Notes: a model not told the origin generated them from the letters alone. DNA of 64,000 nucleotides from an uncultured Actinomycetota bacterium (GCA_963718235.1 CAVQYR010000002.1:786978-850977); one strand, 5' to 3'; shown: positions 22,715 to 32,351, counted from the stretch's first letter. Numbers and translations: made by a program.

Positions 22715-22872
22715 GCACCGTGGTGCCCCTGCTGCTCGGCATGGCCGCGCTCGTCCTTGCCCTGGGCGTGGTCGTGGGTGCGGTCACCGGCCGCGCCAAG
22801 GTCCGCTCGTGCTGCGCCGTCCCGGCCGACCGCGACCTGCGGCTGCGCGACGCCTCGCGTACCGGAGAAATA
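22711..22872 (+). CDS. hypothetical 53-aa hydrophobic peptide, translationally coupled to the K+ channel gene
   Basis: ATGA overlap with the channel stop. MSTVVPLLLGMAALVLALGVVVGAVTGRAKVRSCCAVP. No homology recognised. Confidence 0.25.
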
Positions 22873-22900
22873 GTTTAGCGTTGAACGATGTTGGACGGGC

Positions 22901-23725
22901 ATGGATCCTGAGTCCCAGTCCCAGTCCCAGCCAGGGAGCGTCGGTTCCGCGGGGGCGCGGCTGCCCGCCCTGTTCCTGAGTCACGGAGCCCCGCCCCTCG
23001 TCGACGACGACCGCTGGACCGGCGAGCTGCGCGCCTGGGCGGCTGCGCTGCCGACGCCCCGCGCGATCCTGGTCGTGTCCGCGCACTGGGAGTCCGCCCC
23101 GCTGGCGCTGGGTGCCACCCAACCCACGCCGCTGACGTACGACTTCTGGGGCTTCGACGCGCGCTTCTACGAGGTGAAGTACCCCGCCCCGGGTGCGCCC
23201 GAGCTCGCCGACCGGGTTGAGGCCCTGATGCCGCGCGACCAGACGGTCGTGCGACAGCCCGCCCGGGGCCTCGACCACGGTGCCTACGTCCCCTTGACCG
23301 TGATGTACCCCGACGCCGCGATCCCCGTGCTGCAGCTGTCGCTGCCGACGCTCGACCCGGCCACCCTGCTGGCGCTGGGGGGCAGGCTGCGCCCGTTGCG
23401 CGACGAGGGGGTGCTCATCATGGGGTCGGGTTTCACCACGCACGGGCTGCCCTACCTGAGCGACTTCCACCCCGACGCCGCGGCCCCTGGGTGGTCCCAG
23501 GAGTTCGACGCGTGGACCCAGGAGTGCCTGTCCGCGGGTGACGTCGACTCGCTCGTCGACTTCCGGGCCCGGGCGCCGGGGATGCCCTACGCGCACCCCA
23601 GGATCGAGCACTTCAGCCCCCTGTTCGTGACCCTGGGTGCCGCCACCGCGCCGGACGCGGCGCCAGAACAGGTGGTCGACGGGTTCTGGATGGGCCTGGC
23701 CAAGCGGTCGATCCAGGTCGCCTGA
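22901..23725 (+). CDS. class III extradiol ring-cleavage dioxygenase (4,5-DOPA dioxygenase/YgiD family)
   Basis: LFLSHGAP ... VSAHW ... conserved His pattern of the LigB/YgiD family. Confidence 0.7.
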   Translation: MDPESQSQSQPGSVGSAGARLPALFLSHGAPPLVDDDRWTGELRAWAAALPTPRAILVVSAHWESAPLALGATQPTPLTYDFWGFDARFYEVKYPAPGAPELADRVEALMPRDQTVVRQPARGLDHGAYVPLTVMYPDAAIPVLQLSLPTLDPATLLALGGRLRPLRDEGVLIMGSGFTTHGLPYLSDFHPDAAAPGWSQEFDAWTQECLSAGDVDSLVDFRARAPGMPYAHPRIEHFSPLFVTLGAATAPDAAPEQVVDGFWMGLAKRSIQVA

Positions 23726-23751
23726 CTCCGTCCCACCAGGGCCGACGTCGG

Positions 23752-23763
23752 ATTGGATACAAT
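23752..23763. promoter_or_regulatory. ATTGGATACAAT near-palindrome, candidate operator 34 bp upstream of the CoA-transferase gene
   Basis: AT-rich palindrome in GC-rich DNA. A near-identical perfect copy sits at 26817-26828. Confidence 0.35.
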
Positions 23764-23796
23764 CTCCGAATCACTGGCACCTGATCGGGGACCCGC

Positions 23797-24963
23797 ATGA
23801 CGCTCGCACCGCCCGGTGCTCTGGACGGCATCGTCGTCGCCGACTTCTCCCGGGTGCTGGCCGGCCCCTACGCCACGATGCTCCTGGCCGACCTGGGTGC
23901 CGACGTGATCAAGGTGGAGCGGCCCGGGGCGGGTGACGACACCCGCGCCTGGGGCCCGCCCTGGCACGACGACCAGGCCACGTACTTCCTGTCGGTCAAC
24001 CGCAACAAGCGCTCGGCGACCCTCGACCTGCGTGACCCGGCCGGCTTGCTCGCCGCACGCACCCTCGCCCGGCGTGCTGACGTGCTCGTCGAGAACTTCA
24101 AGCCCGGCGCGTTCGACGCCATGGGGCTGGGCTATGACGACCTGAGGGTGGACAACCCCGGACTCGTCTACGCCTCGATCACCGGCTTCGGAACGGCCGG
24201 GGGCGCCGACCTCCCCGGGTACGACCTGCTCGTCCAGGCCGTGGGGGGCCTGATGTCGATCACCGGCTCCCGCCCCGACGAGCCGGTGAAGGTCGGGGTC
24301 GCCCTGGTCGACGTCGTCACCGGGCTGCACGCCGCCGTCGGCATCCTGGCCGCGCTGCGGCACCGCGAGCGGACCGGTCACGGGCAACGGGTCGAGGTCA
24401 ACCTTCTGTCGTCGCTGCTGTCGGCCCTCGTCAACCAGTCCTCCGCCTACGCCGCTGCCGGCTCGGTGCCGGCGATCATGGGCAACCGCCACCCGAGCAT
24501 CGCTCCGTACGAGTCCTACCCCACGGCCGACAAGCCGTTCGTGATCGCGGTCGGCAACGACGGGCAGTTCCGCCGGGCGATGAAGGTGCTCGGCCTGAGC
24601 GGGCTGGCCGACGACGAGCGCTACGCCACGAACCCGCAGCGGGTGGCCCACCGCGACGCACTGCACGACCTGATGTGCGCGCGGCTGCGCACGCGGGGCG
24701 CTGACGAGTGGTTCGCGGCGCTGAGCGCGGTGGGCGTGCCCTGCGGCCCGATCAACGACCTGGCGGGCGCGTTCGACCTGGCCGCCCAGCTGGGCCTGGC
24801 CCCGGTGGCCGACGCCGACGGAGTCCCGACGGTGGCCAACCCGCTGACCCTCAGCGAGACGCCACCGTCCTACCGTCGACGTCCCCCTCGGCTGGGCGGG
24901 GCCACCGACGACGTGCTGGCCGAGCTCGGCCTGTCCGACACCGGGTCGGGGGTGCCAGCGTGA
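23797..24963 (+). CDS. family III (CaiB/BaiF) CoA-transferase
   Basis: N-terminus LDGIVVADFSRVLAGPYATMLLADLGADVIKVE typical of CaiB/BaiF. Confidence 0.8.
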   Translation: MTLAPPGALDGIVVADFSRVLAGPYATMLLADLGADVIKVERPGAGDDTRAWGPPWHDDQATYFLSVNRNKRSATLDLRDPAGLLAARTLARRADVLVENFKPGAFDAMGLGYDDLRVDNPGLVYASITGFGTAGGADLPGYDLLVQAVGGLMSITGSRPDEPVKVGVALVDVVTGLHAAVGILAALRHRERTGHGQRVEVNLLSSLLSALVNQSSAYAAAGSVPAIMGNRHPSIAPYESYPTADKPFVIAVGNDGQFRRAMKVLGLSGLADDERYATNPQRVAHRDALHDLMCARLRTRGADEWFAALSAVGVPCGPINDLAGAFDLAAQLGLAPVADADGVPTVANPLTLSETPPSYRRRPPRLGGATDDVLAELGLSDTGSGVPA

Positions 24964-25613
24964 GCACGACCTTCCGGCGACCACCCACGGCCCAGGAGGC
25001 GGTCCTCGCCGAGGTCCGCCGGGCGATCGTCACCGGTGAGCTCAAGCCGGGGGAGCAGGTGCTCCAGGACGCCCTCGCGGAACGGTTTGGCGTGTCACGG
25101 GTGCCGCTGCGCGAGGCCCTGAAGATCCTCGAGGGCGAGGGCCAGGTCGTCTACCAGCCGCACCGTGGCTACTTCGTGGCCGAGCTCGACGTCGCCGACC
25201 TGCGCGAGGTCTACCGGATTCGTGACCTGCTGGAGTCGGAGGCCGTCCGGGTCGCCGTCCCGTCGGTCACCGCGGGGGACATCGAACGCCTCATCGACGC
25301 GGCGGCCGACGTCGACGCCGCGTCGGCGACCGGCGACCTCGTCGCGATGACCGAGGCGAACCGACGCTTCCACTTCACGATCATCGAGGCGGCGGGGATG
25401 CCCCGTCTGGCCCGGCTGGTGCGCATCCTGTGGGACGCCACCGACGCCTATCGGGCGCTCTACTACAGCGAGGCAGCGCACCGGGCCCACGTGCACGAGG
25501 AGCACCATGCCGTGGTCGACGCGATCCGTCGCGGGGACACCGAGGCGGCCGTCCAGCTGCTGCGCACTCACCGAGAGCGCGCCGTCGAGGCGGTCGCCGC
25601 CGTGCTGGGGTGA
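24960..25613 (+). CDS. GntR-family (FadR/FCD subfamily) transcriptional regulator
   Basis: GTGA overlap with the CoA-transferase. HTH LAERFGVSRVPLREALKILEGEG followed by an FCD domain. Confidence 0.75.
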   Translation: MSTTFRRPPTAQEAVLAEVRRAIVTGELKPGEQVLQDALAERFGVSRVPLREALKILEGEGQVVYQPHRGYFVAELDVADLREVYRIRDLLESEAVRVAVPSVTAGDIERLIDAAADVDAASATGDLVAMTEANRRFHFTIIEAAGMPRLARLVRILWDATDAYRALYYSEAAHRAHVHEEHHAVVDAIRRGDTEAAVQLLRTHRERAVEAVAAVLG

Positions 25614-25614
25614 C

Positions 25615-26781
25615 CTAGCGGTAAGCCGACTCCCCGGTGAGCGCCTGTCCGACGACGAGGGAGTGGATCTCCTCGGTGCCCTCGTAGGTGAGCACCGACT
25701 CGAGGTTGTTCGCGTGCCGGAGCACCGGGTACTCCAGCGTGACCCCGTTGGCGCCCAGGATCGTGCGTGACGTCCGGGCGATCTCGATCGCCTCGCGAAC
25801 GTTGTTCAGCTTGCCCACGCTGATCATCTCCGGCCTGATCGCGTGGTCGTCCTTGAGCCGGCCGAGGTGCAGCGCGAGCAGGAAGGCCTTGTCCAGCTCG
25901 AGGGTCATGTCGGCCAGCTTCTTCTGGGTCAGCTGGAAGCCGGCGATCGGCCGGTCGAACTGGACTCGCCCCATCGAGTAGTCGATCGCGGTCTCCAGGC
26001 AGTCCCTCGCGGCGCCCACCACACCGAACACGATCCCGAACCGGGCCTCGGACAGCGCGGACAAGGGGCCCTTGAGCCCCCGGGCGTCGGGGAACGCGGC
26101 GTCGGCGGGGAGGCGCACGTTGTCGAGCACGAGCTCGCTGGTGACCGACGCGCGCAAGCTGAGCTTGCTCTTGATCGCCGGTGCGGAGAACCCCGGGACG
26201 TCGGTCGGCACGACGAACCCACGGATGCCGTCGTCGGTCTGGGCCCACACGACCGCGACGTCAGCCACCGAGCCGTTGGTGATCCACATCTTGGTGCCGT
26301 TGAGAACCCAGTCGTCGCCGTCGCGCTGGGCGTGGGTGCGCATGCCCGACGGGTTGGAGCCGAAGTCGGGCTCGGTCAGCCCGAAGCAACCGATGGTGTC
26401 GCCGGCGGCCATGCCCGGCAGCCACTGCTGCTTGTGCTCCTCGCTGCCCCAGCGCCAGATCGAGAACATCGCCAGCGACCCCTGGACACTGACCAGCGAG
26501 CGGATGCCGGAGTCGACGGCCTCCAGCTCCAGGCAGGCCAGGCCGTAGGCGACCGCAGACGTACCAGCACAGCCGTAGCCCTCCAGGTGCATCCCCAGCA
26601 GGCCGAGCGCGCCGAGCTCCTTGGCCAGGTCGCGAGCGGGGATCTGCCCGGACTCGAACCACTCGGCGATGTGTGGACGCAGCTTGTCGTCGCCGTACTG
26701 GCGCACGGTGTCGCGGATCAGCCGCTCCTCCTCCGACAGCAGGGTGTCCAGGGCGAGCAGGTCCATCGGACGGACAGGCAT
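25615..26781 (-). CDS. glutaryl-CoA dehydrogenase-like acyl-CoA dehydrogenase
   Basis: GCFGLTEPDFGSNPSGMRT...NGTKMWITNG signature close to GCDH. GGAGA RBS. Confidence 0.8.
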   Translation of the reverse strand: MPVRPMDLLALDTLLSEEERLIRDTVRQYGDDKLRPHIAEWFESGQIPARDLAKELGALGLLGMHLEGYGCAGTSAVAYGLACLELEAVDSGIRSLVSVQGSLAMFSIWRWGSEEHKQQWLPGMAAGDTIGCFGLTEPDFGSNPSGMRTHAQRDGDDWVLNGTKMWITNGSVADVAVVWAQTDDGIRGFVVPTDVPGFSAPAIKSKLSLRASVTSELVLDNVRLPADAAFPDARGLKGPLSALSEARFGIVFGVVGAARDCLETAIDYSMGRVQFDRPIAGFQLTQKKLADMTLELDKAFLLALHLGRLKDDHAIRPEMISVGKLNNVREAIEIARTSRTILGANGVTLEYPVLRHANNLESVLTYEGTEEIHSLVVGQALTGESAYR

Positions 26782-26816
26782 GACGTCTCCAGGCGGGGCG
26801 GATCGGGGGACAGGCG

Positions 26817-26828
26817 ATTGGATCCAAT
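26817..26828. promoter_or_regulatory. perfect 12-bp palindrome ATTGGATCCAAT in the divergent GCDH / GNAT-AAA promoter region
   Basis: Matches the 23752 site in 11 of 12 positions. Lies 36 bp upstream of the GCDH ATG. Confidence 0.35.
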
Positions 26829-26877
26829 ATATGACCCACCCGCTGTCGGTCACAACCCCGAGCCGTAGGGTCGGCGG

Positions 26878-28158
26878 ATGGGTGTTCTGGTCCGCGAGTA
26901 CCACGACGACGACCTCGAGGGCGTCGTCCACCTGTGGGACGCCACCGAGCCGCTCGGCCAGGGTTCGGTGTTCACCGTCGCCGAGGGCATCGCCGCTCTG
27001 CGCGCCAACGAGCCGGCCGTGGTCGCCGTCTCGGCTGGGCGGATCGTGGGCATGGCCCTGGCCGAGGTCAGTGGCGAGCGGGCCTGGGTCCTGCGCCTCG
27101 CGGTCGACCCGGGACGCCGCGGCGAGGGACTCGTGAGCGCCCTGCTGCGCGAGCTGGAGCGCCTGCTGGTCGACGAGCACGTGCGGCGGATCGGCTACGT
27201 GCTGCCGGAGGAGGAGCTCCTGTCCGAGGGGCTGGTGAAGGCGGGGTACCAACGGCTTCCGGCGGTGGCCTACTTCGAGAAGGTCGAGGCCCTCGGTCCC
27301 GGCGAGGCCTCGGTGCTCAGCGGCCTGGGCGGGCGGATGCTCCCCTCGGACCTGTGGGCCCGGGTGGCCGGCATGCGCACCGAGAAGGAGCTGATCGAGC
27401 GGCGGGTGATCCTCCCGCTGGCCGAGCCGGAGAGGGCAGCGGCGCACGGCGTCGTCCCCCCGCGGGCGATCGTGCTGTTCGGGCCCCCCGGAACCGGCAA
27501 GACGACCTTCGCCCGCGGGATCGCCTCGCACCTGGGGTGGCCGTTCGTGGAGATCTTCCCGTCTCGGCTGGCCGCCGAACCCGGCGGTCTCTCGTCGGCC
27601 CTGCGCGACATGTTCGCCCAGATCGGCGACCTCGAGCGGGTCGTGGTCTTCATGGACGAGGTGGAGGAGATCGCGTCACTGCGCGACGGCGTGCCCAGCT
27701 CGGCCGCGCACGGCGTGACCAACGAGCTGCTGAAGCTCATCCCTCAGTTCCGCGAGCGGGACACCCGACTGCTGGTCGCGGCGACCAACTCCGTCCGGTC
27801 GCTCGACTCGGCGTTTCTCCGGCCCGGACGCTTCGACTACGTCATCCCCGTCGGCCCACCGGACGCCGACGCGAGGCGAGCCCTGTGGACCGCCTACACG
27901 CAAGGCCTGGGGAGCAGCGTCGACATCGAGGCGCTGGTGAGGGCCAGCGAGGGGCTCACCCCCGCCGACATCGAGCACGCGGCACGGGTGGCCGCGCAGG
28001 CGTCGTTCGAGCGCGAGCTGGTCGACGGTGTCGGCGACGACGAACCAGGAGCATCGACCGTCGACTACCTCGAGGCGATCGGGCAGGCGCGACCGACGGT
28101 CACCGAAGCGATGGTGCAGGAGTTCAACGAGGACATCGACGCGTTCGCGCGGCTGTGA
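26878..28158 (+). CDS. fusion protein: N-terminal GNAT acetyltransferase domain plus C-terminal AAA+ ATPase domain
   Basis: GNAT motif A RLAVDPGRRGEGLVSALL. Walker A GPPGTGKT. Walker B VVFMDEVEE. Sensor and arginine-finger region LRPGRFDYVIPVGPPD. Confidence 0.7.
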   Translation: MGVLVREYHDDDLEGVVHLWDATEPLGQGSVFTVAEGIAALRANEPAVVAVSAGRIVGMALAEVSGERAWVLRLAVDPGRRGEGLVSALLRELERLLVDEHVRRIGYVLPEEELLSEGLVKAGYQRLPAVAYFEKVEALGPGEASVLSGLGGRMLPSDLWARVAGMRTEKELIERRVILPLAEPERAAAHGVVPPRAIVLFGPPGTGKTTFARGIASHLGWPFVEIFPSRLAAEPGGLSSALRDMFAQIGDLERVVVFMDEVEEIASLRDGVPSSAAHGVTNELLKLIPQFRERDTRLLVAATNSVRSLDSAFLRPGRFDYVIPVGPPDADARRALWTAYTQGLGSSVDIEALVRASEGLTPADIEHAARVAAQASFERELVDGVGDDEPGASTVDYLEAIGQARPTVTEAMVQEFNEDIDAFARL

Positions 28159-28177
28159 CTTCCCTCTTCTCGCGCGG

Positions 28178-28540
28178 TTACTTGGCGATCACGTAGAACT
28201 TGCGGACCGGCTCGAGGATGTCCCAGCGGCCGCTCCACCCCTTGGGCAGGGTCAGCACGTCGCCGGCAGTGAGCTCGCGGCTGCTGCCGTCAGCATTGGT
28301 GAGGCGGGCCCGCCCGGCCATGATCCGCACCGTCTCGGTGTCGGGGCGGTTCTCGATCGACCAGCCCCCGGGAGTGCAGGCCCAGACGCCGACCTGGACG
28401 CCGTCGGCGTCGTGCATGATCCGCCCGGACATCACCGGCTCGCCGACATCGGCTCCGACCCGCGGCCCCCAGTCCTCCAGCGGACCGTCCAGGTCGGCGT
28501 CAGTGGCAGCCAGGAACAGGGGAGAGGTGGTGACGTCCAT
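28178..28540 (-). CDS. cupin-domain protein (DUF861/cupin_3-like)
   Basis: 120-aa single cupin barrel pattern. Confidence 0.55.
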   Translation of the reverse strand: MDVTTSPLFLAATDADLDGPLEDWGPRVGADVGEPVMSGRIMHDADGVQVGVWACTPGGWSIENRPDTETVRIMAGRARLTNADGSSRELTAGDVLTLPKGWSGRWDILEPVRKFYVIAK

Positions 28541-28693
28541 CGGAGCTCCTCGGGCTTTCGCGGGCTTGGTGCCGACCGGCTGGTGGGCTCGGTCTTCGCG
28601 GGATCAGGCAGTGGTTCACGCAGTGGCCCAGCATACCCGTGACGGGGAGTGACAAGATGCCTCGTCCGCGCGTCGTCGTTGATGGAGGAGCCC

Positions 28694-30010
28694 ATGTCCG
28701 ACCGTCCGCTCACGGTCTTGTTCCTGCCGGAGTCGGCCTTCGGCCCGACCAACCAGTGCATCGGCGTCGGCGACGTGCTGCGTCGTCGTGGGCACCGGGT
28801 CGTGTTCGCGGCCGAGGCATCGTGGCGGGGCAAGCTGGAGCCCCACGGCTTCGAGGAGGAGCTCGTGCACCTCGCGGCACCTCCGGCCGACGACGAGCCC
28901 GACCAGGACGTCGGCCAGTTCTGGAAGGACTTCATCCGTGAGACGTCTCCGGAGTTCCGCAAGCCCACGGTCGACCAGCTCGCCACGTTCATCCAACCGA
29001 CCTTCCAGGCCTTGATCGACGGCGCCAAGTACTGCGAGCCGCAGCTGAAGGAGATCGTCGAGCGGGTGCGACCCGACGTGGTGGTCGAGGACAACGTCGT
29101 CGCTTTTCCGGCGCTGCTCACCTCCGGTGGAGCGTACGTGCGGATCGTGTCGTGCAACCCGTTGGAGGTGAAGGGTCCTGGTGTTGCGCCGACGTTCTCG
29201 GGCCTGCCGGCCGACGACGACTCGCAGTGGGCGGCGTTTCGGGCGGAGTACGACCGCACGCACCGCGCGATGTGGGAGGACTTCAACACCTGGGTGCAGG
29301 AGCAAGGAGCACCGCCGCTGCCCGAGCTCGAGTTCATGCACGTCAGCCAGGCGGTCAACCTGTACGTGTATCCCGAGGAGATCGACTACACCGACGCCCG
29401 ACCGCTCGACGACACGTGGCACCGGATCGACTCCAGCGTGCGCACCACCGACGAGGCGTTCGAGCTTCCCGACCAGCTGCGCGACCGTCCACCCGGCAGC
29501 GCCCTGGTGTACCTGTCCCTGGGCTCGCTCGGCAGCGCCGACGTCGACCTGATGAAGCGGCTCGTGGCCATCCTGGCGACCACCCCGCACCGCTACGTCG
29601 TGAGCAAGGGGCCGCAGCACGACCAGTACGAGCTCGCCGACAACATGTGGGGGGCGGAGTTCCTGCCCCAGACCCAGGTGATCCCCCTGGTCGACCTGGT
29701 GATCACCCACGGCGGCAACAACACGACCACCGAGGCACTCCACTTCGGCAAGCCGATGGTGGTGCTCCCGCTCTTCTGGGACCAGTACGACAACGCCCAG
29801 CGGGTCGACGAGACCGGGTACGGCGTCCGCCTGCCCACCTACGACTTCACCGACGACGAGCTGTCCGGTGCGGTCGACCGACTGCTCGGTGACCGGCAGC
29901 TGCGTCAGCGGATGGCGCAGCTGGGTGAGTCGATCCGGGCGCGGCGAGGGGTCGAGAAGGCCGCGCAGCTCATCGAGTCGGTCGGATCCGCCGGCTCCCG
30001 GGAGTCGTGA
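28694..30010 (+). CDS. GT1-family UDP-glycosyltransferase (MGT/UGT-like)
   Basis: GGAGGAG RBS. N-terminal acceptor domain. C-terminal THGGNNTTTEALHFGKPMVVLPLFWDQYDNAQRV donor-binding signature. Confidence 0.75.
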   Translation: MSDRPLTVLFLPESAFGPTNQCIGVGDVLRRRGHRVVFAAEASWRGKLEPHGFEEELVHLAAPPADDEPDQDVGQFWKDFIRETSPEFRKPTVDQLATFIQPTFQALIDGAKYCEPQLKEIVERVRPDVVVEDNVVAFPALLTSGGAYVRIVSCNPLEVKGPGVAPTFSGLPADDDSQWAAFRAEYDRTHRAMWEDFNTWVQEQGAPPLPELEFMHVSQAVNLYVYPEEIDYTDARPLDDTWHRIDSSVRTTDEAFELPDQLRDRPPGSALVYLSLGSLGSADVDLMKRLVAILATTPHRYVVSKGPQHDQYELADNMWGAEFLPQTQVIPLVDLVITHGGNNTTTEALHFGKPMVVLPLFWDQYDNAQRVDETGYGVRLPTYDFTDDELSGAVDRLLGDRQLRQRMAQLGESIRARRGVEKAAQLIESVGSAGSRES

Positions 30011-31362
30011 TCGACCCCGCTGCGCTTGCGCAGCAGGTGGCGCGGCTGGCGCCGCGCGTGCTGCTTCCCGACCGGGCCGGCACGACGACCACAGAGGTGG
30101 GCGCCCTGGTCCTGGTCGACCAGCTCGTGCTGGGAGACGAGCTGGTCGTGCTCCTGGTCAGGGACAGCATCGGCCGACTCCTGGTCGCCCCGGCTCTCGT
30201 GACGCCCTCCGGTCCCCGGCGGGCCCGGGTCGGCGACGGCGTCAGCGAGGCCCTCCTGCGGCTGCTCGTCGGCCGACCCGGTGAGCACGGCCGTTTCGTG
30301 CTGCAGCGGCTGCACGGTCGGTCGGTCGGCGGCGAACGGGCGATGGGGGTCGACCAGACGAACGAGTCGGTGGTCGTCGGTGAGACGGCCGTCGTCAAGT
30401 GGCTGTACCGGGTGAGCGGCGAGCACCCGGCTCCGGGCCGGTTGTCGCTGCTTGACCGGGCCGGGTTCTCGGCGATCCCCCAACCCTGGGGGTTCGTGTT
30501 CTGGCGCGACGACGCCGGCCGCCACGTGCTGCTGGCGACCGTCGACGAGTACCTGGGCGACGCGACCAACGGCTGGACCTGGGGTGTCGACGACGTGCGG
30601 CGCCTGGGCCGCGGCGAGCTGACCCTCGCCGAGGCCGCGGCACCGGCGTCGACGGTGGGCGAGATGGTCGGGGCCATGCACATCGCCTTCGCCACCGCCG
30701 GGGTCGCCCGGGCCGGCGCAGCGCAGTGCGAGCGATGGCGACAACAGGCTGACGCCGCGCTCGCCGCAGCCCTGGACGAGGTCGACGGAGCCGAGGGTGA
30801 GCGCCTGCGTGCTCGGGCAGACGACATCGCGGACCGGCTGCGAGCCTGGTCGCGGATCGACGACCCCACGGTGATCCCCGTGCACGGGGACCTGCACGTC
30901 GGCCAGATCCTCAGGTACCGCACGACCGACGGTGCGGAGGCTTACGCCGTCACCGACTTCGACGGGAACCCGGTGCTGGAGTCCGCCGAGCGGACCGCGG
31001 CGCAGCCGGCCGCCCGTGACGTCGCCGGCTACCTCCAGGCCCTGGACCACGTCGGGCGGATCGTCGTCAGGCGTACGGAGGGGGTCGACCTTCGGGTCGT
31101 GGACGACTGGATCGAGGCGGCTCAACAGGCCTTCCTGGACGCGTACCGGTCACGGCTCGAGCAAGCGGGTGCGGAGGTTCTGCTGCAGGAGGAGCTCCTG
31201 GACCCGATGCGGGTCGAGCAGGAGTGTCGGGAGCTCCTGTACGCCGTGCGCTACGACCCGACCTGGCGCTACGTGCCCGACGCCGCCATGGCAGCCTTGC
31301 TGGCCACGTCCGCCGGGCCGGCTGGCTCATCGGTGCCTGCGGCCCCGACCGAGGAGAGCTGA
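30007..31362 (+). CDS. maltokinase (Mak/Pep2)-like phosphotransferase of the aminoglycoside-kinase fold
   Basis: GTGA overlap with the GT gene. VVKWLYRV cap region. Catalytic VIPVHGDLHVGQILRY and DFDGNP motifs. Confidence 0.6.
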   Translation: MIDPAALAQQVARLAPRVLLPDRAGTTTTEVGALVLVDQLVLGDELVVLLVRDSIGRLLVAPALVTPSGPRRARVGDGVSEALLRLLVGRPGEHGRFVLQRLHGRSVGGERAMGVDQTNESVVVGETAVVKWLYRVSGEHPAPGRLSLLDRAGFSAIPQPWGFVFWRDDAGRHVLLATVDEYLGDATNGWTWGVDDVRRLGRGELTLAEAAAPASTVGEMVGAMHIAFATAGVARAGAAQCERWRQQADAALAAALDEVDGAEGERLRARADDIADRLRAWSRIDDPTVIPVHGDLHVGQILRYRTTDGAEAYAVTDFDGNPVLESAERTAAQPAARDVAGYLQALDHVGRIVVRRTEGVDLRVVDDWIEAAQQAFLDAYRSRLEQAGAEVLLQEELLDPMRVEQECRELLYAVRYDPTWRYVPDAAMAALLATSAGPAGSSVPAAPTEES

Positions 31363-32342
31363 TGGACCCGAAGCGATTCCTCGACGACCTGGAGGCCAAG
31401 CCGCAGGCGCTGGGCTCCCTGTCCGCCAGCATCGCCGGGGCCGACCCCTGGCGCGAGGCGATCGAGCGGGCCGGTCAGCCGGCCAAGCGCATCCTGTTCC
31501 TGGGGATGGGTTCGTCGACGTTCGCGGCGGGAGTGGCGGCAGCGAGGCTGCGCGCGTCGGGTCGGTACGCCGTGGCCGAGCTGGCCAGCTCAGCGCTGCT
31601 CCCACCGCCGAGTCCCGGCACGCTCGTTGTCGCGGTGTCGGCGTCCGGTGGCTCGACCGAGACCGTCGCCGCAGCACAGCGCTACGCCGGGCGGGTTCCG
31701 CTGGTGGCGCTGACGAACAGCGAGAGCAGCGTGCTGGCCGGTCTCGCCGACGTCACCGTGGCGATGGGGGCAGGCCCGGAGACCGGTGGCGTCGCATGCC
31801 GGTCCTTCCAGCACACCCTCGTACTGCTCCTCGCCCTCGAGCGGGCCCTCGGCGCGACCGGACCGGACCTGGCCGCGACGGTTCGACGGTCCGCCGAGGC
31901 CACCGACGACCTCTTGTCCCGGCGTTCGGAGTGGCTGGAGCGCACCACCGACCTCCTGGCCGGACCCGCCGGCACCTTCGCCGTGGCGCCCGCTGCCCGG
32001 CTGAGCAGTGCCCAGCAGTCCGCACTGATGGTCCGTGAGGGACCACGCCGTCCAGCGGTCGCCTCGGAGACGGGGGAGTGGAGCCACGTCGACGTCTACC
32101 TGACCAAGACCCTGGACTACCGCATGCTGCTGTTCCCCGGCTCGGCCCACGACGCAGAGCTGCTGCGCTGGACCACCGAGCGCGAGGCGACGGTGGTGAC
32201 GGTGGGCCGCGCGGTCCCGCAGGCGACGGCGTCGGTGCGGTTCCGCCATGACGACGACGACCTGGTCCGCCTCGTCAGCGACGTGCTCGTCGCCGAGCTG
32301 GTCGCGCAGCGGCTGTGGGCGCAGGGCCGGTCGACCCCGTAG
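31362..32342 (+). CDS. SIS-domain protein (AgaS / GlmS-C-terminal / FrlB-like sugar-phosphate isomerase or deglycase)
   Basis: TGATG overlap with the kinase gene. ILFLGMGSS and VAVSASGGSTET SIS motifs. Confidence 0.7.
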   Translation: MDPKRFLDDLEAKPQALGSLSASIAGADPWREAIERAGQPAKRILFLGMGSSTFAAGVAAARLRASGRYAVAELASSALLPPPSPGTLVVAVSASGGSTETVAAAQRYAGRVPLVALTNSESSVLAGLADVTVAMGAGPETGGVACRSFQHTLVLLLALERALGATGPDLAATVRRSAEATDDLLSRRSEWLERTTDLLAGPAGTFAVAPAARLSSAQQSALMVREGPRRPAVASETGEWSHVDVYLTKTLDYRMLLFPGSAHDAELLRWTTEREATVVTVGRAVPQATASVRFRHDDDDLVRLVSDVLVAELVAQRLWAQGRSTP

Positions 32343-32351
32343 CGGCTGCGA

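Noticed and set aside
24708-24959. Upstream extension of the GntR ORF.
   Set aside because: Overlaps the CoA-transferase C-terminus in another frame. GTG at 24960 gives a canonical GntR N-terminus.
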